A stretch of DNA of 64,000 nt, taken from contig JAFIEB010000143.1 in the NCBI GenBank assembly GCA_020832735.1, positions 26,456 through 90,455 on the forward strand, written 5' to 3'. Positions 25,437 through 35,665 of this stretch are shown here, one piece after another. The notes below the pieces were generated by a model. It saw only the letters and a program-made list of their open reading frames with translations, did no database searches and was not told the origin of the DNA. The translations under genes were made by a program, and so were the position numbers. This stretch comes from Oceanicaulis sp. GTDB taxonomy: Bacteria; Pseudomonadota; Alphaproteobacteria; Caulobacterales; Maricaulaceae. How positions within the stretch are numbered: the first letter of the stretch is position 1; each line of letters begins with the position of its first letter.

Positions 25437-26296
25437 CCGAGTACGCCGCCCGGACCTTCACCGCCCCTGATGGCGTAAAGACCTGGTACCGCCTGTACGA
25501 TGCCGGAAGTGATCGCCTGCCTGTCTTGTGCATGCACGGTCTGACGCGCAACAGCCGGGACTTCGAGGCGGTCATTCCCTCCATCACCGCGGCCGGACGC
25601 TCCGTGATCGCTGTTGACGTGCGCGGCCGCGGGAACTCGGACTACGACCCCAACCCCGAGAACTATAATCCCGGCGTCTACGCCCAGGACATGTTCGGAG
25701 TGCTCCGGCAGGAAGGATGGGACCGCGTGCTTGCGCTTGGCACCTCCATGGGCGGGCTCATGACCAAGATCATGGCCGCCGCCCGGCCTGATCTCATCGC
25801 CGGGGCGGTCATCAATGACATCGGCCCGGAGATCGATCCCGCAGGCCTGAAGCGAATTCAGGGTTATGTGGGCGGCGCAGGCGGCCCGTTCGAGGACTGG
25901 ACCGCCGCCGCCGAGGCGGTGCGCGCGATCAACGCCACCGCCTTTCCCAAGGAAACTGGCGGCGCCTTCTGGCTGGCGTTCGCCCGGCGCACCTGCCGCG
26001 AGATCGAGGGCGGCCGCGTGGTGTTCGATTACGACACCGCCATCTCGCAAGTGGCGCGCACGGGCAATGTGGCGCCGCCCGATCTGTGGCCCTATTTCGA
26101 TGCGCTCGCGCCCTCGCCGATCCTGCTGGTTCGCGGCGCCCTCACCGATCTGCTTGCAATGTCCTGCGTGGAGGAGATGCGCCGGCGCGCGCCGCGCATG
26201 GCCTATGCCGAAGTGCCTGATGTCGGCCATGCGCCGCTCCTAACCGAGCCCGAAGCCGCCAGCGCGATTGAAGCCTTCCTCGCCGGCCTCGACTGA
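25433..26296 (+). CDS. alpha/beta hydrolase
   Basis: The ATG at 25433 overlaps the TetR stop (ATGA). It has an HG oxyanion motif (LCMHGLTRNSRDF), a nucleophile elbow GTSMGG and a C-terminal DVGHAP. Confidence 0.85.
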   Translation: MTEYAARTFTAPDGVKTWYRLYDAGSDRLPVLCMHGLTRNSRDFEAVIPSITAAGRSVIAVDVRGRGNSDYDPNPENYNPGVYAQDMFGVLRQEGWDRVLALGTSMGGLMTKIMAAARPDLIAGAVINDIGPEIDPAGLKRIQGYVGGAGGPFEDWTAAAEAVRAINATAFPKETGGAFWLAFARRTCREIEGGRVVFDYDTAISQVARTGNVAPPDLWPYFDALAPSPILLVRGALTDLLAMSCVEEMRRRAPRMAYAEVPDVGHAPLLTEPEAASAIEAFLAGLD

Positions 26297-26320
26297 GCCC
26301 CCTGACCTGAGGACACCGCC

Positions 26321-27262
26321 ATGCTGCTGCGCATTCTTGGAGCCCTGATCCTGATTGCGATCCTGGTGATCGCCATTGTGATGGTCCTCTCCCGCACCCC
26401 GTCCGGGGATGTGGGCGAGGTTGATCTGCCGGCCGGGTCCGACCGGATCGTAGAAGCCGCTGACCAGTCATGGCGGGTGCGCGAGGAAGGGCCTGCTGAT
26501 GCGCCAGCCCTGATTTTGATCCACGGCTTCAGCCATTCACTGGAAACCTGGGACGCCTGGGCCGGGGACCTGTCGGCGGACTACCGCGTGATCCGCTTCG
26601 ATCTGCCCGGCCATGGTCTGACCGGACCGCGCGATGACGCCGCCTACGCCGTCGAGGACACGGTCGCCCAGGTAGGGGCGCTCCTCAATGAGATCGCGCC
26701 GGAGCGTTTCATTCTAGGGGGATCGTCACTGGGCGGGCTTGTGGCCTGGCGCTATGCCGCGCTCCAGCCTGACCGGGTGGAGGCGCTGGTCCTGGTCAGC
26801 CCGGGCGGGTATCCCAATCACGGGGTCGGCGATGAGCCAGCCCCCCTGCCCCTGCCGGTGCGCCTCTATCTCACCACGGCGCCCGAGGTTAGCGTGCGGG
26901 CCGCCACCCGGGCGCTCTACGCCGACCCCTCGCGCGTCACCGATGAGCAAGTGGAGCGCATCCGCTCCATGATGCGCACACCCGGCGTGCCTGAAGCGCT
27001 GATCCGGCGCATTGAACAGTTCACCCTGCCCGATCCGGAACCGGATCTGGCGCAAGTGCGCGCGCCTGCGCTGCTGCTCTGGGGCGCTGCCGATGCGATG
27101 ATCCCGCCCGAACATGGCCGGCGCTTTGAAGCCGCCATGCCGGACGCCCGCCTTGTGGTGCTGGAGAACGCCGGCCACATGCCCATGGAAGAGGCGCCCG
27201 AAGACACCGTTATGGTGGTGCGCAATTTCCTCGCCAGCCTCGCTGGCGGCCAGCTGGATTAA
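26321..27262 (+). CDS. alpha/beta hydrolase with N-terminal membrane anchor
   Basis: The N-terminal TM segment is MLLRILGALILIAILVIAIVMVL. Motifs are LILIHGFSHS, the nucleophile elbow GSSLGG and a C-terminal NAGHMPMEE. Confidence 0.85.
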   Translation: MLLRILGALILIAILVIAIVMVLSRTPSGDVGEVDLPAGSDRIVEAADQSWRVREEGPADAPALILIHGFSHSLETWDAWAGDLSADYRVIRFDLPGHGLTGPRDDAAYAVEDTVAQVGALLNEIAPERFILGGSSLGGLVAWRYAALQPDRVEALVLVSPGGYPNHGVGDEPAPLPLPVRLYLTTAPEVSVRAATRALYADPSRVTDEQVERIRSMMRTPGVPEALIRRIEQFTLPDPEPDLAQVRAPALLLWGAADAMIPPEHGRRFEAAMPDARLVVLENAGHMPMEEAPEDTVMVVRNFLASLAGGQLD

Positions 27263-28641
27263 GCCTGCGCGTCCTCGGGCTCAGGCTTCGCCTCGGGCAT
27301 CGCCTTGACGTGCACATCCATCTGCGGGAACGGGATTTCGATCCCTTCCTCGTGCAGCGCCTCCCAAATGGCGAAATAGACCTCGCTGCGCACATTGGAG
27401 AGCCCGGCTTCGGGGTCCGCGATCCAGAAGCGCAGATCGAAATTGACCGAGCTGTCGCCAAACTCCATCAGATTGCAGGTGGGTTCGTTGTCGGCGACCA
27501 CGCGGGGCACCGACAGCGCGGCTTTCTGAGCCAGCTCCTGCACCTTGCGCAGATCGCGGGTCCTGTAGGAGACGCCAAAGGGCGCATGCAGGCGCACCAC
27601 TCGGTCGGAGTGCGACCAGTTGATCACGCCGTTGACGATGAAGTGCTCGTTCGGGATCAGCATCTCGGTGCCGTCCCTTGTGCGGATCGACACATAGCGC
27701 GACTGCATCGCGCTGACCCAGCCGAACGTGCCGTCCACCTCGATGGCGTCGCCCGGCTTGATGGATTTGTCGGCCAGCAGCGTGAAACCGGCGGCGAAGT
27801 TCGCCACGGTTTTCTGCAGCCCCAGACCCACGCCAATGCCCACCGCGCCGGAGAAGATGGCCAGTGTGGCCAGGTTGAACCCGGTCATCTGAAGCGCGAT
27901 CAGCAGCGCTGTCACCGGCAGGACGACGCCCAGCACCTTGGAGATCAGCGCCTTGAAGGCAGGCGACAGCTCCTCGGTCCGCTCCAGTTGGGCGTTGATG
28001 GTGCGTCCGGCCATGGACGCCAGCCAGAACAGGGCGCCGAAATACACCAGCGTGCGCACGATATCGAACAGCGACAGCTGGATCGCCGTGCCGTCATCGG
28101 CCACGCCCAGCGGAATCGCCAGCGCCTGCATCTGCTGGATCACCGGCATGAGCAGGCCGAACACGTCGAGCACCGCGATCGGCCAGACGATGTAGAAAGC
28201 GACGTTGGACCAGAATTTCGACTGGATGATCAGCGACACCGCCCGGATCACGATCCAGGCGGTGATCAGGCTGGTGGCGGCGTTGACGATGGCGTAGGGC
28301 CGCTCCAGCGCCGCGAGGACGACCTGGATGAGCGTCAGCACCAGCAGCAGCGCCAGCGGCGTCATCAACCTGGACGCGGCGTTGATCAGGCGGCGCGCCA
28401 GCCCGGTCTTCAGAAAGCCCGACGTGGCCTGCACGACCAGACGGCGCAGCCGGGGCCCGAACACCATGGCCGGGATCAGTGCGGCGGTGATCAGGGCGAG
28501 CTGAACCCCGTTATCGAGATTGAGAACCGTCTGCTCGAACCAGTCGAACGCGGCGAGCAGACGCGTCTGGATCTCGTCAAACGGCACAAAATCATCAAGG
28601 GCTGAATCAGGCGCAGCCTGCGGCGTGGTCATGGGTTCCAA
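27259..28641 (-). CDS. mechanosensitive ion channel (MscS) family protein
   Basis: Multiple N-terminal TM segments are followed by the MscS core FAAGFTLLADKSIKPGDAIEVDGTFGWVSAMQSRYVSIRTRDGTEMLIPNEHF. Confidence 0.88.
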   Translation of the reverse strand: MEPMTTPQAAPDSALDDFVPFDEIQTRLLAAFDWFEQTVLNLDNGVQLALITAALIPAMVFGPRLRRLVVQATSGFLKTGLARRLINAASRLMTPLALLLVLTLIQVVLAALERPYAIVNAATSLITAWIVIRAVSLIIQSKFWSNVAFYIVWPIAVLDVFGLLMPVIQQMQALAIPLGVADDGTAIQLSLFDIVRTLVYFGALFWLASMAGRTINAQLERTEELSPAFKALISKVLGVVLPVTALLIALQMTGFNLATLAIFSGAVGIGVGLGLQKTVANFAAGFTLLADKSIKPGDAIEVDGTFGWVSAMQSRYVSIRTRDGTEMLIPNEHFIVNGVINWSHSDRVVRLHAPFGVSYRTRDLRKVQELAQKAALSVPRVVADNEPTCNLMEFGDSSVNFDLRFWIADPEAGLSNVRSEVYFAIWEALHEEGIEIPFPQMDVHVKAMPEAKPEPEDAQA

Positions 28642-28707
28642 GTCCGGGTCCGATGCTTGAGGCAGAGCGTTACGCGATCAGGCCGATTTGTCGAGCCATG
28701 CGCCCGC

Positions 28708-29130
28708 TCAAGCGGCTGCGGACGGTTTGCGCCACGCCAGAACCGCGCTCGCGGCCAATGTCGCGATCAGCAGATGGGCTGAGTCCATGATCCACATCCC
28801 GAGCGGATAATTCACGCCATAGACATAGCCGTACATCATCACCGGAACCATGAAGAACAGCCAGGCCGCCGCGCCCGCTTTCAAATGGCCAGTCAGCCCG
28901 CTCCGGCCCGCAGCCTGGAACAGAAACGCCAGGCCCAGCACAATCGCCAGCGGCATGACCGGGCTCAGAATCATCTTCCACTCATAGCCAGCCAGGTCCT
29001 CTGGCGCATATCCGGCCAGATTCATCCAGAGCTCGCTGAACAGCAGGGCGTAAATCACGAATCCAGTTGCGTAGAACGCGATGCCTGCGGCGATGAACGC
29101 CAGCAGGTCGTGACCGAAAATTCGCGGCAT
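28708..29130 (-). CDS. DUF1761-like membrane protein
   Basis: A 140-aa protein of four TM segments, MPRIFGHDLLAFIAAGIAFYATGFVIYALLFSELW. The family is assigned from memory of the N-terminal pattern. Confidence 0.6.
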   Translation of the reverse strand: MPRIFGHDLLAFIAAGIAFYATGFVIYALLFSELWMNLAGYAPEDLAGYEWKMILSPVMPLAIVLGLAFLFQAAGRSGLTGHLKAGAAAWLFFMVPVMMYGYVYGVNYPLGMWIMDSAHLLIATLAASAVLAWRKPSAAA

Positions 29131-29310
29131 GGCTGCCTCCCCTGTCCTTGCGGGCGGCGCTGCGCCGCTCCATGGCGGCCACTCTAAGCCACACCCGCTG
29201 GCTCGGCATCCGGAATCTCAAAACATCGCCGCGGCGCCCGCCCCGGTTCCCCTCGCCGCGCGGCGAGGCTATGTGTGCGCACTCATTTTTCAGACTGCGA
29301 GAAACGCCCC

Positions 29311-31023
29311 ATGGCCCGCATCCTCGTCACCAGCGCCCTGCCCTATATCAACGGGGTCAAACATCTGGGCAATCTGGCCGGCTCCATGCTGCCCGCCGAC
29401 GTGTATGCGCGCTTCCAGCGCCTGCGCGGCCATGAGGTGCTGGCGATCTGCGCCACCGACGAGCACGGCACGCCCGCCGAGCTGGCCGCGGCCGAGGCCG
29501 GTCAGGATGTGGCGCAGTATTGCGACGAGCAGCACGAGATCCAGAAAGCGCTGGGCGAGCGGTTTCACCTGTCCTGGGACCATTTCGGCCGCACCAGCTC
29601 TGACCATAACAAGCGCCTGACCCAGCATTTCGCGCAAGTGCTGGAAGCCAACGGGCTAATCGCCGAGGTGGTGGAAAAGCAGGTCTATTCCATCGACGAC
29701 GACCGGTTTCTGCCCGACCGCTATGTGGAGGGCGCCTGCCCCAATTGCGGGTATGAGAAGGCGCGCGGCGACCAGTGCGACAATTGCGGCAAGCTTTTGG
29801 ACCCGGTCGATCTGATCAATCCGTATTCGGCGGTGTCCGGCTCGCGCAATCTGGAGGTTCGCGACACGCGCCATCTCCAGCTGCGCCAGACCGTGATGGA
29901 GCCGCGCATCCGCGCATGGGTCGATGCGGCGCAGGGCTGGCCGGCGCTAGCCAAGTCCATCGCCTATAAATGGCTCGACGAGGGCTTGCGCGACCGCACC
30001 ATCACGCGCGATCTCAAATGGGGCGTGCCGGTCACCAGGGACGGCGCGCCGCGCGAGGGCTTTGAGAACAAGGTCTTCTATGTCTGGTTCGACGCACCCA
30101 TCGGCTATATCGCCGCGACGGCCGAATGGGCCGACAAGACCGGCAATGACTGGGAGCGCTGGTGGCGCACCGACAAGGGCGCGGGCGATGTCAGCTATGT
30201 CCAGTTCATGGGTAAGGACAATGTCGCCTTCCACACGGTGAGCTTCCCGGCCACCATCCTGGGCTCGGACGAGCCGTGGAAGACGGTGGACACGCTCAAG
30301 GCCTTCAACTGGCTCAACTGGTATGGCGGCAAATTCTCCACCTCCAGCAAGCGCGGCGTGTTCATGGACCAGGCGCTTGAATTGCTGCCGGCGGACTACT
30401 GGCGCTGGTATCTCACCGCCTACGCGCCTGAAGGCGCGGACGCCCAGTTCACCTGGGAGCATTTCCAGGGGGCGATCAATACAGACCTCGCCAATGTGCT
30501 GGGCAATTTCGTGAACCGGATCACCAAGTTCGGGGCGTCGCGCTTTGACGGCAAAATCCCCGATGGCGGCGAGCCGGGCGAGCATGAGGCCTGGCTGGAG
30601 GCCGAGCTGGATGTGCGGCTGAAAGCCATCGCCGCCCATTACGAGGCGATGGAGTTCAGAAAGGCCGGGGTGGAGACGCGCGCCCTGTGGGCGGCGGGCA
30701 ATGAGTATCTCACCCGCGCCGAGCCGTGGGTGAAGTTCAAGACCGATCCGGAGGCGGCGGCTCTCGGCGTGCGCACCGGGATCAATCTGGCCGCCATCGC
30801 CGCGATCATCGCCCAGCCCGTCATCCCGCAAGCCGCGGCGGCGATCCTGGACGCCATTGGCGTGCCGCAGGCCAACCGCGCCTGGCCGTCGGGGACGGCC
30901 CGCGAGCTGCTGGACGCCCTGCCGCGCGGCCTGCCATTCTCCGCGCCGCCGATTCTGTTTGCAAAGATCGAGGATGATGCGGTGGCGGAATGGACAGAGC
31001 GCTTCGGCGGACCGGTCAGCTAG
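29311..31023 (+). CDS. metG: methionine--tRNA ligase
   Basis: The ATG at 29311 opens [21 protein letters not shown] (HIGH-type motif). A zinc knuckle [18 protein letters not shown] and the KFSTS (KMSKS) motif are present. Confidence 0.95.
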   Translation: MARILVTSALPYINGVKHLGNLAGSMLPADVYARFQRLRGHEVLAICATDEHGTPAELAAAEAGQDVAQYCDEQHEIQKALGERFHLSWDHFGRTSSDHNKRLTQHFAQVLEANGLIAEVVEKQVYSIDDDRFLPDRYVEGACPNCGYEKARGDQCDNCGKLLDPVDLINPYSAVSGSRNLEVRDTRHLQLRQTVMEPRIRAWVDAAQGWPALAKSIAYKWLDEGLRDRTITRDLKWGVPVTRDGAPREGFENKVFYVWFDAPIGYIAATAEWADKTGNDWERWWRTDKGAGDVSYVQFMGKDNVAFHTVSFPATILGSDEPWKTVDTLKAFNWLNWYGGKFSTSSKRGVFMDQALELLPADYWRWYLTAYAPEGADAQFTWEHFQGAINTDLANVLGNFVNRITKFGASRFDGKIPDGGEPGEHEAWLEAELDVRLKAIAAHYEAMEFRKAGVETRALWAAGNEYLTRAEPWVKFKTDPEAAALGVRTGINLAAIAAIIAQPVIPQAAAAILDAIGVPQANRAWPSGTARELLDALPRGLPFSAPPILFAKIEDDAVAEWTERFGGPVS

Positions 31024-31044
31024 CGGCCGGACCAGGCCTGATCG

Positions 31045-31431
31045 CTAGACCGGCATCAGGGCCGCATAGACCCGGCGCGACTCGGTGGCCAGCAGGTTAT
31101 AGGCCCGGCAGGCCGAGCCCGTATCCATCACCTCAAGCCCGATCCCGGCCTCCCGAAAGGCCCGCCTGACGCCAGCCGGAGGATGGATGAGCCGTGCGCC
31201 CACGCCCAGCACGACCATGTCCGGGCGCGCGCGGGCGTTCATCAGGTCAGAGAAATGCTCCGGCGACAGGACGCCCGGCGTTCCCGGCGCGCCTGTCCAG
31301 GCGCGCGCGGCGCCGTCCAGGATCAGCGTCGCGCCCTCCTTGCGGACACCGCCAATCCTGAAACCGCCGTCGCCATAGGCGTCAATGGCCGGAACGCGCG
31401 TTTCAGCCGGCATGGACGCGCGCGCCGTCAT
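31045..31431 (-). CDS. Mth938-like (DUF498) domain protein
   Basis: IDAYGDGGFRIGG..........LSPEHF........PDMVVLGVGARL...AGVRRAFREAGIGLEVMDTGSACRAYNLL is the Mth938/NDUFAF3-like pattern. The start is 31431 or 31413, and either overlaps the secF 3' end. Confidence 0.8.
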   Translation of the reverse strand: MTARASMPAETRVPAIDAYGDGGFRIGGVRKEGATLILDGAARAWTGAPGTPGVLSPEHFSDLMNARARPDMVVLGVGARLIHPPAGVRRAFREAGIGLEVMDTGSACRAYNLLATESRRVYAALMPV

Positions 31432-32392
31432 CCTCGCCGCTGTCGCGCTTCACGCCGGTCAGCGTCAGCAGCGGCGCGGCCACGAAGATGGAGTAATACG
31501 TGCCGATGGCCACGCCCCAGATCAGCGCCAGGGCGAAGCCCTCAAGCGCCGGGCCGCCGATGACCGCCATGGACACGATCGCCACCAGGGTCGTGCCGGA
31601 GGTCAGGATCGTGCGCGACAGAGTCGCATTGATAGCGATGTCCAGCACCTCGGGCGTAGGCTTGGTTTTGTATTTGCGGAACATCTCGCGGATCCGGTCA
31701 TAGACCACCACCGTGTCGTTCATGGAGTAGCCCACGATGGTCAGGATCGCGGCGATAGTGGGCAGGTTGAATTCCAGCTGGGTCACGGCGAAGAAGCCGA
31801 TGGTCAGCACCACGTCGTGAATCAGCGCCAGCACCGCGCCGACCGAGAACTGCCATTCGAAGCGGAACCAGATATAGAGCAGCATCAGGAAGAGCGCGAC
31901 GATGACCGCGGTCGTGCCCGCCACGACCAGCTCTCCGGACACCTGGGGCCCGACGACTTCCACGCTGAGATACTCGACATTGGCCAGCGCCTCGTTGAGC
32001 ACGGCCTGGACGGCGCGCCTTGCGGCTTGCTGCGCGGCTTCGAAATCCTCCACCGGCTGGCCGGTGACCCGTTCCGCCGTCGCCACGTCAACCATGGCCA
32101 CGCGCACCAGCACGTCGGACGGACCGCCGAATTCCTGGACCTGCACGTCACCCAGATTGAGATCAGACAGGGCGGTGCGAATCTCGCCCAGATCAGCCGG
32201 CTCGGGCGCCGTGCTGAGCGCGATCACCGTCCCGCCCCTGAAATCAATGCCCAGATTGAGCCCGAACGCGAAGAAGGCGCCGACAGATCCCAGGATCATG
32301 ACCAGCGACAGGATGAAGGCGCCCACCCGCATGCGGATGAACTGAAAGCTCGTATCGACCGGAAGCAGGCGGACAAGGGGGAATGCGTTCAT
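31403..32392 (-). CDS. secF: protein translocase subunit SecF
   Basis: An internal ATG (cat at 32390-32392) opens MNAFPLVRLLPVDTSFQFIRMR...GIDFRGGT.... The gene follows secD. Confidence 0.93.
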   Translation of the reverse strand: MNAFPLVRLLPVDTSFQFIRMRVGAFILSLVMILGSVGAFFAFGLNLGIDFRGGTVIALSTAPEPADLGEIRTALSDLNLGDVQVQEFGGPSDVLVRVAMVDVATAERVTGQPVEDFEAAQQAARRAVQAVLNEALANVEYLSVEVVGPQVSGELVVAGTTAVIVALFLMLLYIWFRFEWQFSVGAVLALIHDVVLTIGFFAVTQLEFNLPTIAAILTIVGYSMNDTVVVYDRIREMFRKYKTKPTPEVLDIAINATLSRTILTSGTTLVAIVSMAVIGGPALEGFALALIWGVAIGTYYSIFVAAPLLTLTGVKRDSGEDDGARVHAG

Positions 32393-32403
32393 GACCTTGG
32401 CTC

Positions 32404-34035
32404 CTACATCGGCAGCGATTTGGGCCGCATGACGCGCAGCCATGTGGCGATGATCAGCCGCGAGAACACGAAGGCGGTGAACACGGATGTCACGATGCCG
32501 ATGCCCAGCGTGACGGCGAAGCCGCGCACAGGGCCCGCGCCCATCATGTAGAGCACAGCGGCGGCCACGAATGTGGTGATGTTGGCGTCCAGAATGGCCG
32601 AGAGGGCATGATTATAGCCGTTCTCGATGGCGCTCGCGAGCGTTCGCCCGTTTCGCCATTCCTCGCGTATGCGCTCATAGATCAGCACGTTGGCGTCCAC
32701 CGCCATGCCGATGGTCAGCACGATGCCGGCGATGCCCGGCAGGGTCAGCGTCGCCTGGAGGCCCGACAGGGCGCCCAGCAGCATGAACACGTTGGTGATC
32801 AGGGCGGCCGTGGAGACGATGCCGAAATAACCGTAGGCCAGCCACATGAACACGATCACCAGGCCAAACCCGATCAGAATGGCGATCTGGCCGCGCTCGA
32901 TGGAGTCCTGACCCTGACTGGCGCCGACGGTGCGCTCCTCAATCGGGGTCAGGCGCGCCGGCAGCGCGCCGGCGCCGATCATGGTCGCCAGATCGGTGGC
33001 CGACCGGACCGTGAAGTTGCCCTGGATGATGCCCGACCCGCCCAGGATCGCAGACCGGATCACCGGTGCGGTGATGATCACATCGTCCAGCACCACGGCG
33101 AAGCGCCGCCCCACATTGCGCGAGGTCGCTTCCCCGAACGCGCGCGCACCGGACTGGTTGAAGGTGAAGGCCACGACCGGCTGACCGTTCTCGTCAAAGC
33201 TCTGCCCGGCCGTATTGAGCTGTTCGCCCGTCACAAGCGCCCGGCGCTGAACCGCCAGGCAGGGCTCATTGGGGTCGTCAGAAGGATAGATCACGATGCC
33301 CGGCGGCGTGCGGGCGCGGCAATCAGAGCCGACGTCGACGCCTGATTCCACCATGTGGAAGGTCATGCGCGCCGTCGTGCCGACCAGTTCGATGATGCGC
33401 TGGGGATCACTTTCGCCCGGCACCTGGACCAGCACCCGGTCATCCCCCTGACGCGCAATGACCGGCTCGGTCGTGCCCATGCCGTCAATACGCCGGCGGA
33501 TAACGGAAATGGACTGGCGCACCGTGCGCTGGCGGATCGAGTCGAGCTCGGCGTCGGTGATCTGGATGGTGATGGTGCGCCCGTCCGGGTCGCCCTGGAT
33601 GCGCAGCGTGCGCGCCGTGCCCGCCTGCCCCCCGGTTCCGGTCACCCGCTCATTGATCTCGTCCAGCCGCTGGAGCGCCCGGCTCATATCTTCAGGATCG
33701 GTCAGGCGCACCACAACGCGGTCTTCGATCACGGCGGGCGGCGCTGACAGGATGGGCGGGGTCCGGCGGAACAGCGAGCGCACGTCATCCTGAAGATTGC
33801 TCAGCCGGTCCTGGCGCACTTCATCGAGATCGACCTGGAACACCAGATGCGACCCGCCCTGGAGATCGAGACCCAGATTGACCGTCTGGTTCGGCAACAC
33901 CGACCAGGCGCCCTGGGCGCGGCCGCTCTCATCGTAGCGAACCGATTCCGGGACGAAATTGGGCAGTGTGAACAGGAATCCGATCAGGATGACGGCAAGG
34001 ATCAGGACCGTCTTCCAGGGAGGAAAATAGAGCAT
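32404..34035 (-). CDS. secD: protein translocase subunit SecD
   Basis: MLYFPPWKTVLILAVILIGFLF...LGLDLQGGSHL...; 543 aa, upstream of secF. Confidence 0.95.
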   Translation of the reverse strand: MLYFPPWKTVLILAVILIGFLFTLPNFVPESVRYDESGRAQGAWSVLPNQTVNLGLDLQGGSHLVFQVDLDEVRQDRLSNLQDDVRSLFRRTPPILSAPPAVIEDRVVVRLTDPEDMSRALQRLDEINERVTGTGGQAGTARTLRIQGDPDGRTITIQITDAELDSIRQRTVRQSISVIRRRIDGMGTTEPVIARQGDDRVLVQVPGESDPQRIIELVGTTARMTFHMVESGVDVGSDCRARTPPGIVIYPSDDPNEPCLAVQRRALVTGEQLNTAGQSFDENGQPVVAFTFNQSGARAFGEATSRNVGRRFAVVLDDVIITAPVIRSAILGGSGIIQGNFTVRSATDLATMIGAGALPARLTPIEERTVGASQGQDSIERGQIAILIGFGLVIVFMWLAYGYFGIVSTAALITNVFMLLGALSGLQATLTLPGIAGIVLTIGMAVDANVLIYERIREEWRNGRTLASAIENGYNHALSAILDANITTFVAAAVLYMMGAGPVRGFAVTLGIGIVTSVFTAFVFSRLIIATWLRVMRPKSLPM

Positions 34036-34094
34036 ATGCGTTCCGGTATGACTGGCGCGTCTGCCTTATGGAGGGCGGGCAGTGCGCGGCGCGG

Positions 34095-34583
34095 TTACTC
34101 GCCAGGTTTGTCCCCGGCCGGTTTGGCCGGCGCCTTGCGGGCGCGCGGTTTGCGCGCCGCCGGCTTGGCGGCGGTTTTGTTTGTCGTGGACCGGGCGGCC
34201 GGCCTGGAGGCGGCCTTCGGGGCCGGCTTGGCTTCGGCCTCGTCATCGCCGCCGGAATCATTGGCCGGTTCAGTGCGGGTGCGCACCTGGGTAATTGTGG
34301 AGCGCACCACCTTGACCCGGACGCCGTCGGCCAGTTCGACCGTTGCCTCGTCGTCGGTCAGGCGCGTGACTTTCCCGATCATGCCGCCGCCGGTGACCAC
34401 TTCATCGCCACGGCGCAGATTGGAGATCATCTCGCGATGACGTTTCACCTGCTGTTGTTGCGGGCGCATGATCAGGAAATAGAAGATGGCGATGAACGCC
34501 ACGATCATCAGCAAGGTGCTGAAGAAGGGCGTGCCTCCGCCTGCAGCGGTGGCAATCAGGATGGTGTCGGTCGCGGCGGTCAT
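34095..34583 (-). CDS. yajC: preprotein translocase subunit YajC with an extended Ala/Lys/Pro-rich C-terminal tail
   Basis: The YajC core FIAIFYFLIMRPQQQQVKRHREMISNLRRGDEVVTGGGMIGKV occupies ~105 aa. It is followed by a ~55-aa tail EAKPAPKAASRPAARSTTNKTAAKPAARKPRARKAPAKPAGDKPGE. Confidence 0.9.
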   Translation of the reverse strand: MTAATDTILIATAAGGGTPFFSTLLMIVAFIAIFYFLIMRPQQQQVKRHREMISNLRRGDEVVTGGGMIGKVTRLTDDEATVELADGVRVKVVRSTITQVRTRTEPANDSGGDDEAEAKPAPKAASRPAARSTTNKTAAKPAARKPRARKAPAKPAGDKPGE

Positions 34584-34675
34584 GGTCGCTCCGTGGTCAA
34601 GGGGGTGCTGTCAGGGCCGCGACTATATCGGGGCGCGCCCGCGTTGCAACAAGGGGTGACGGCTGACGCCCGCGA

Positions 34676-35593
34676 TTATCGGCGCGGCAGGCGCTCGATC
34701 GGATCGACCGGCGTCACGCCGCGACGGATTTCAAAATGCAGGACGGGCGTGTCTCCCGGCCCGGCCCCGCCCGCATCAGCGATGTGATCGCCTGCGTTCA
34801 CACGCTGGCCCTGCTGCACGCGCAGAACCGAATTGAGGCCATAGGCGGTGACCCAGCGGTCCTCATGACGGATCAGCACCAGCTCGCCATAGCCTTGAAG
34901 TTCATTACCGGCGTAGACCACTTCACCCGCAGCGGCGGCGCGCACAGGCTCTCCCACCCGCGCCGCGATCCGGATGCCGTCAAGCCGCCGGCCAGAAGCG
35001 TTGCCGAAACGGCCCACCACATCGCCGCGCAACGGCCAGATGAATTCCGGCGCAGGCTCGGTGACAGAGGGCGCCGGAGCGGACGATGGCGCTGATGAGG
35101 GAGGCGCCGCACCGCCGCGGCTTGCAGGCGGCTGCGCGGGACGTTCGGACGCGTCTGCGGTCTGGCGCGGCGCGCCGGCGACGCGCAGCTCCTGACCAGG
35201 ATAGATGACAGATGTCTCACTGATGGAGTTGAGGCGGGCCAGTTCGCGCGTGGTCATGCCGTGATTGAGCGCGATGCGGTAGAGATTGTCCCCGCGGCGG
35301 ACCACATAAACCGAAGGCCCCGGCATCCGCAGCACCTGCCCCTCGCGCAGGGGATAGGGCCGGGCAAGTCCGTTTTCCGCCGCGATAGCTTCCACGGTTG
35401 AGCCGCAGCGCACGGCAATGGCGCTGAGCGTGTCGCCCCTGCGCACCGTGTAGGTCCGCTCGCAAGCCGCAGCCTGAGGCGGAGCGCCGCGCCCGCCATG
35501 TTCTATAGGCGCCGGCGCGCGCGGAGATGTTCCGCACGCGCCAAGCGCCAGAAGCACGCAACCAAGCAGCCAGAGCCGGACGCTCGCGCGCAT
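34676..35593 (-). CDS. LysM domain-containing M23 family metallopeptidase lipoprotein (NlpD-like)
   Basis: A lipobox LALGAC is followed by two LysM repeats (YTVRRGDTLSAIA..., YVVRRGDNLYRIA...). The M23 core reads GIRIAA..G.PVRAAAAGEVVYAGNELQGYGELVLIRH...HFEIR. Confidence 0.9.
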   Translation of the reverse strand: MRASVRLWLLGCVLLALGACGTSPRAPAPIEHGGRGAPPQAAACERTYTVRRGDTLSAIAVRCGSTVEAIAAENGLARPYPLREGQVLRMPGPSVYVVRRGDNLYRIALNHGMTTRELARLNSISETSVIYPGQELRVAGAPRQTADASERPAQPPASRGGAAPPSSAPSSAPAPSVTEPAPEFIWPLRGDVVGRFGNASGRRLDGIRIAARVGEPVRAAAAGEVVYAGNELQGYGELVLIRHEDRWVTAYGLNSVLRVQQGQRVNAGDHIADAGGAGPGDTPVLHFEIRRGVTPVDPIERLPRR

Positions 35594-35665
35594 GGACTTG
35601 ATATCCTCGCCGGTGAACCCTCTTCAGGGGGCGATCATGCCGCGTGAGCGTTAACCGGGCGTTGA

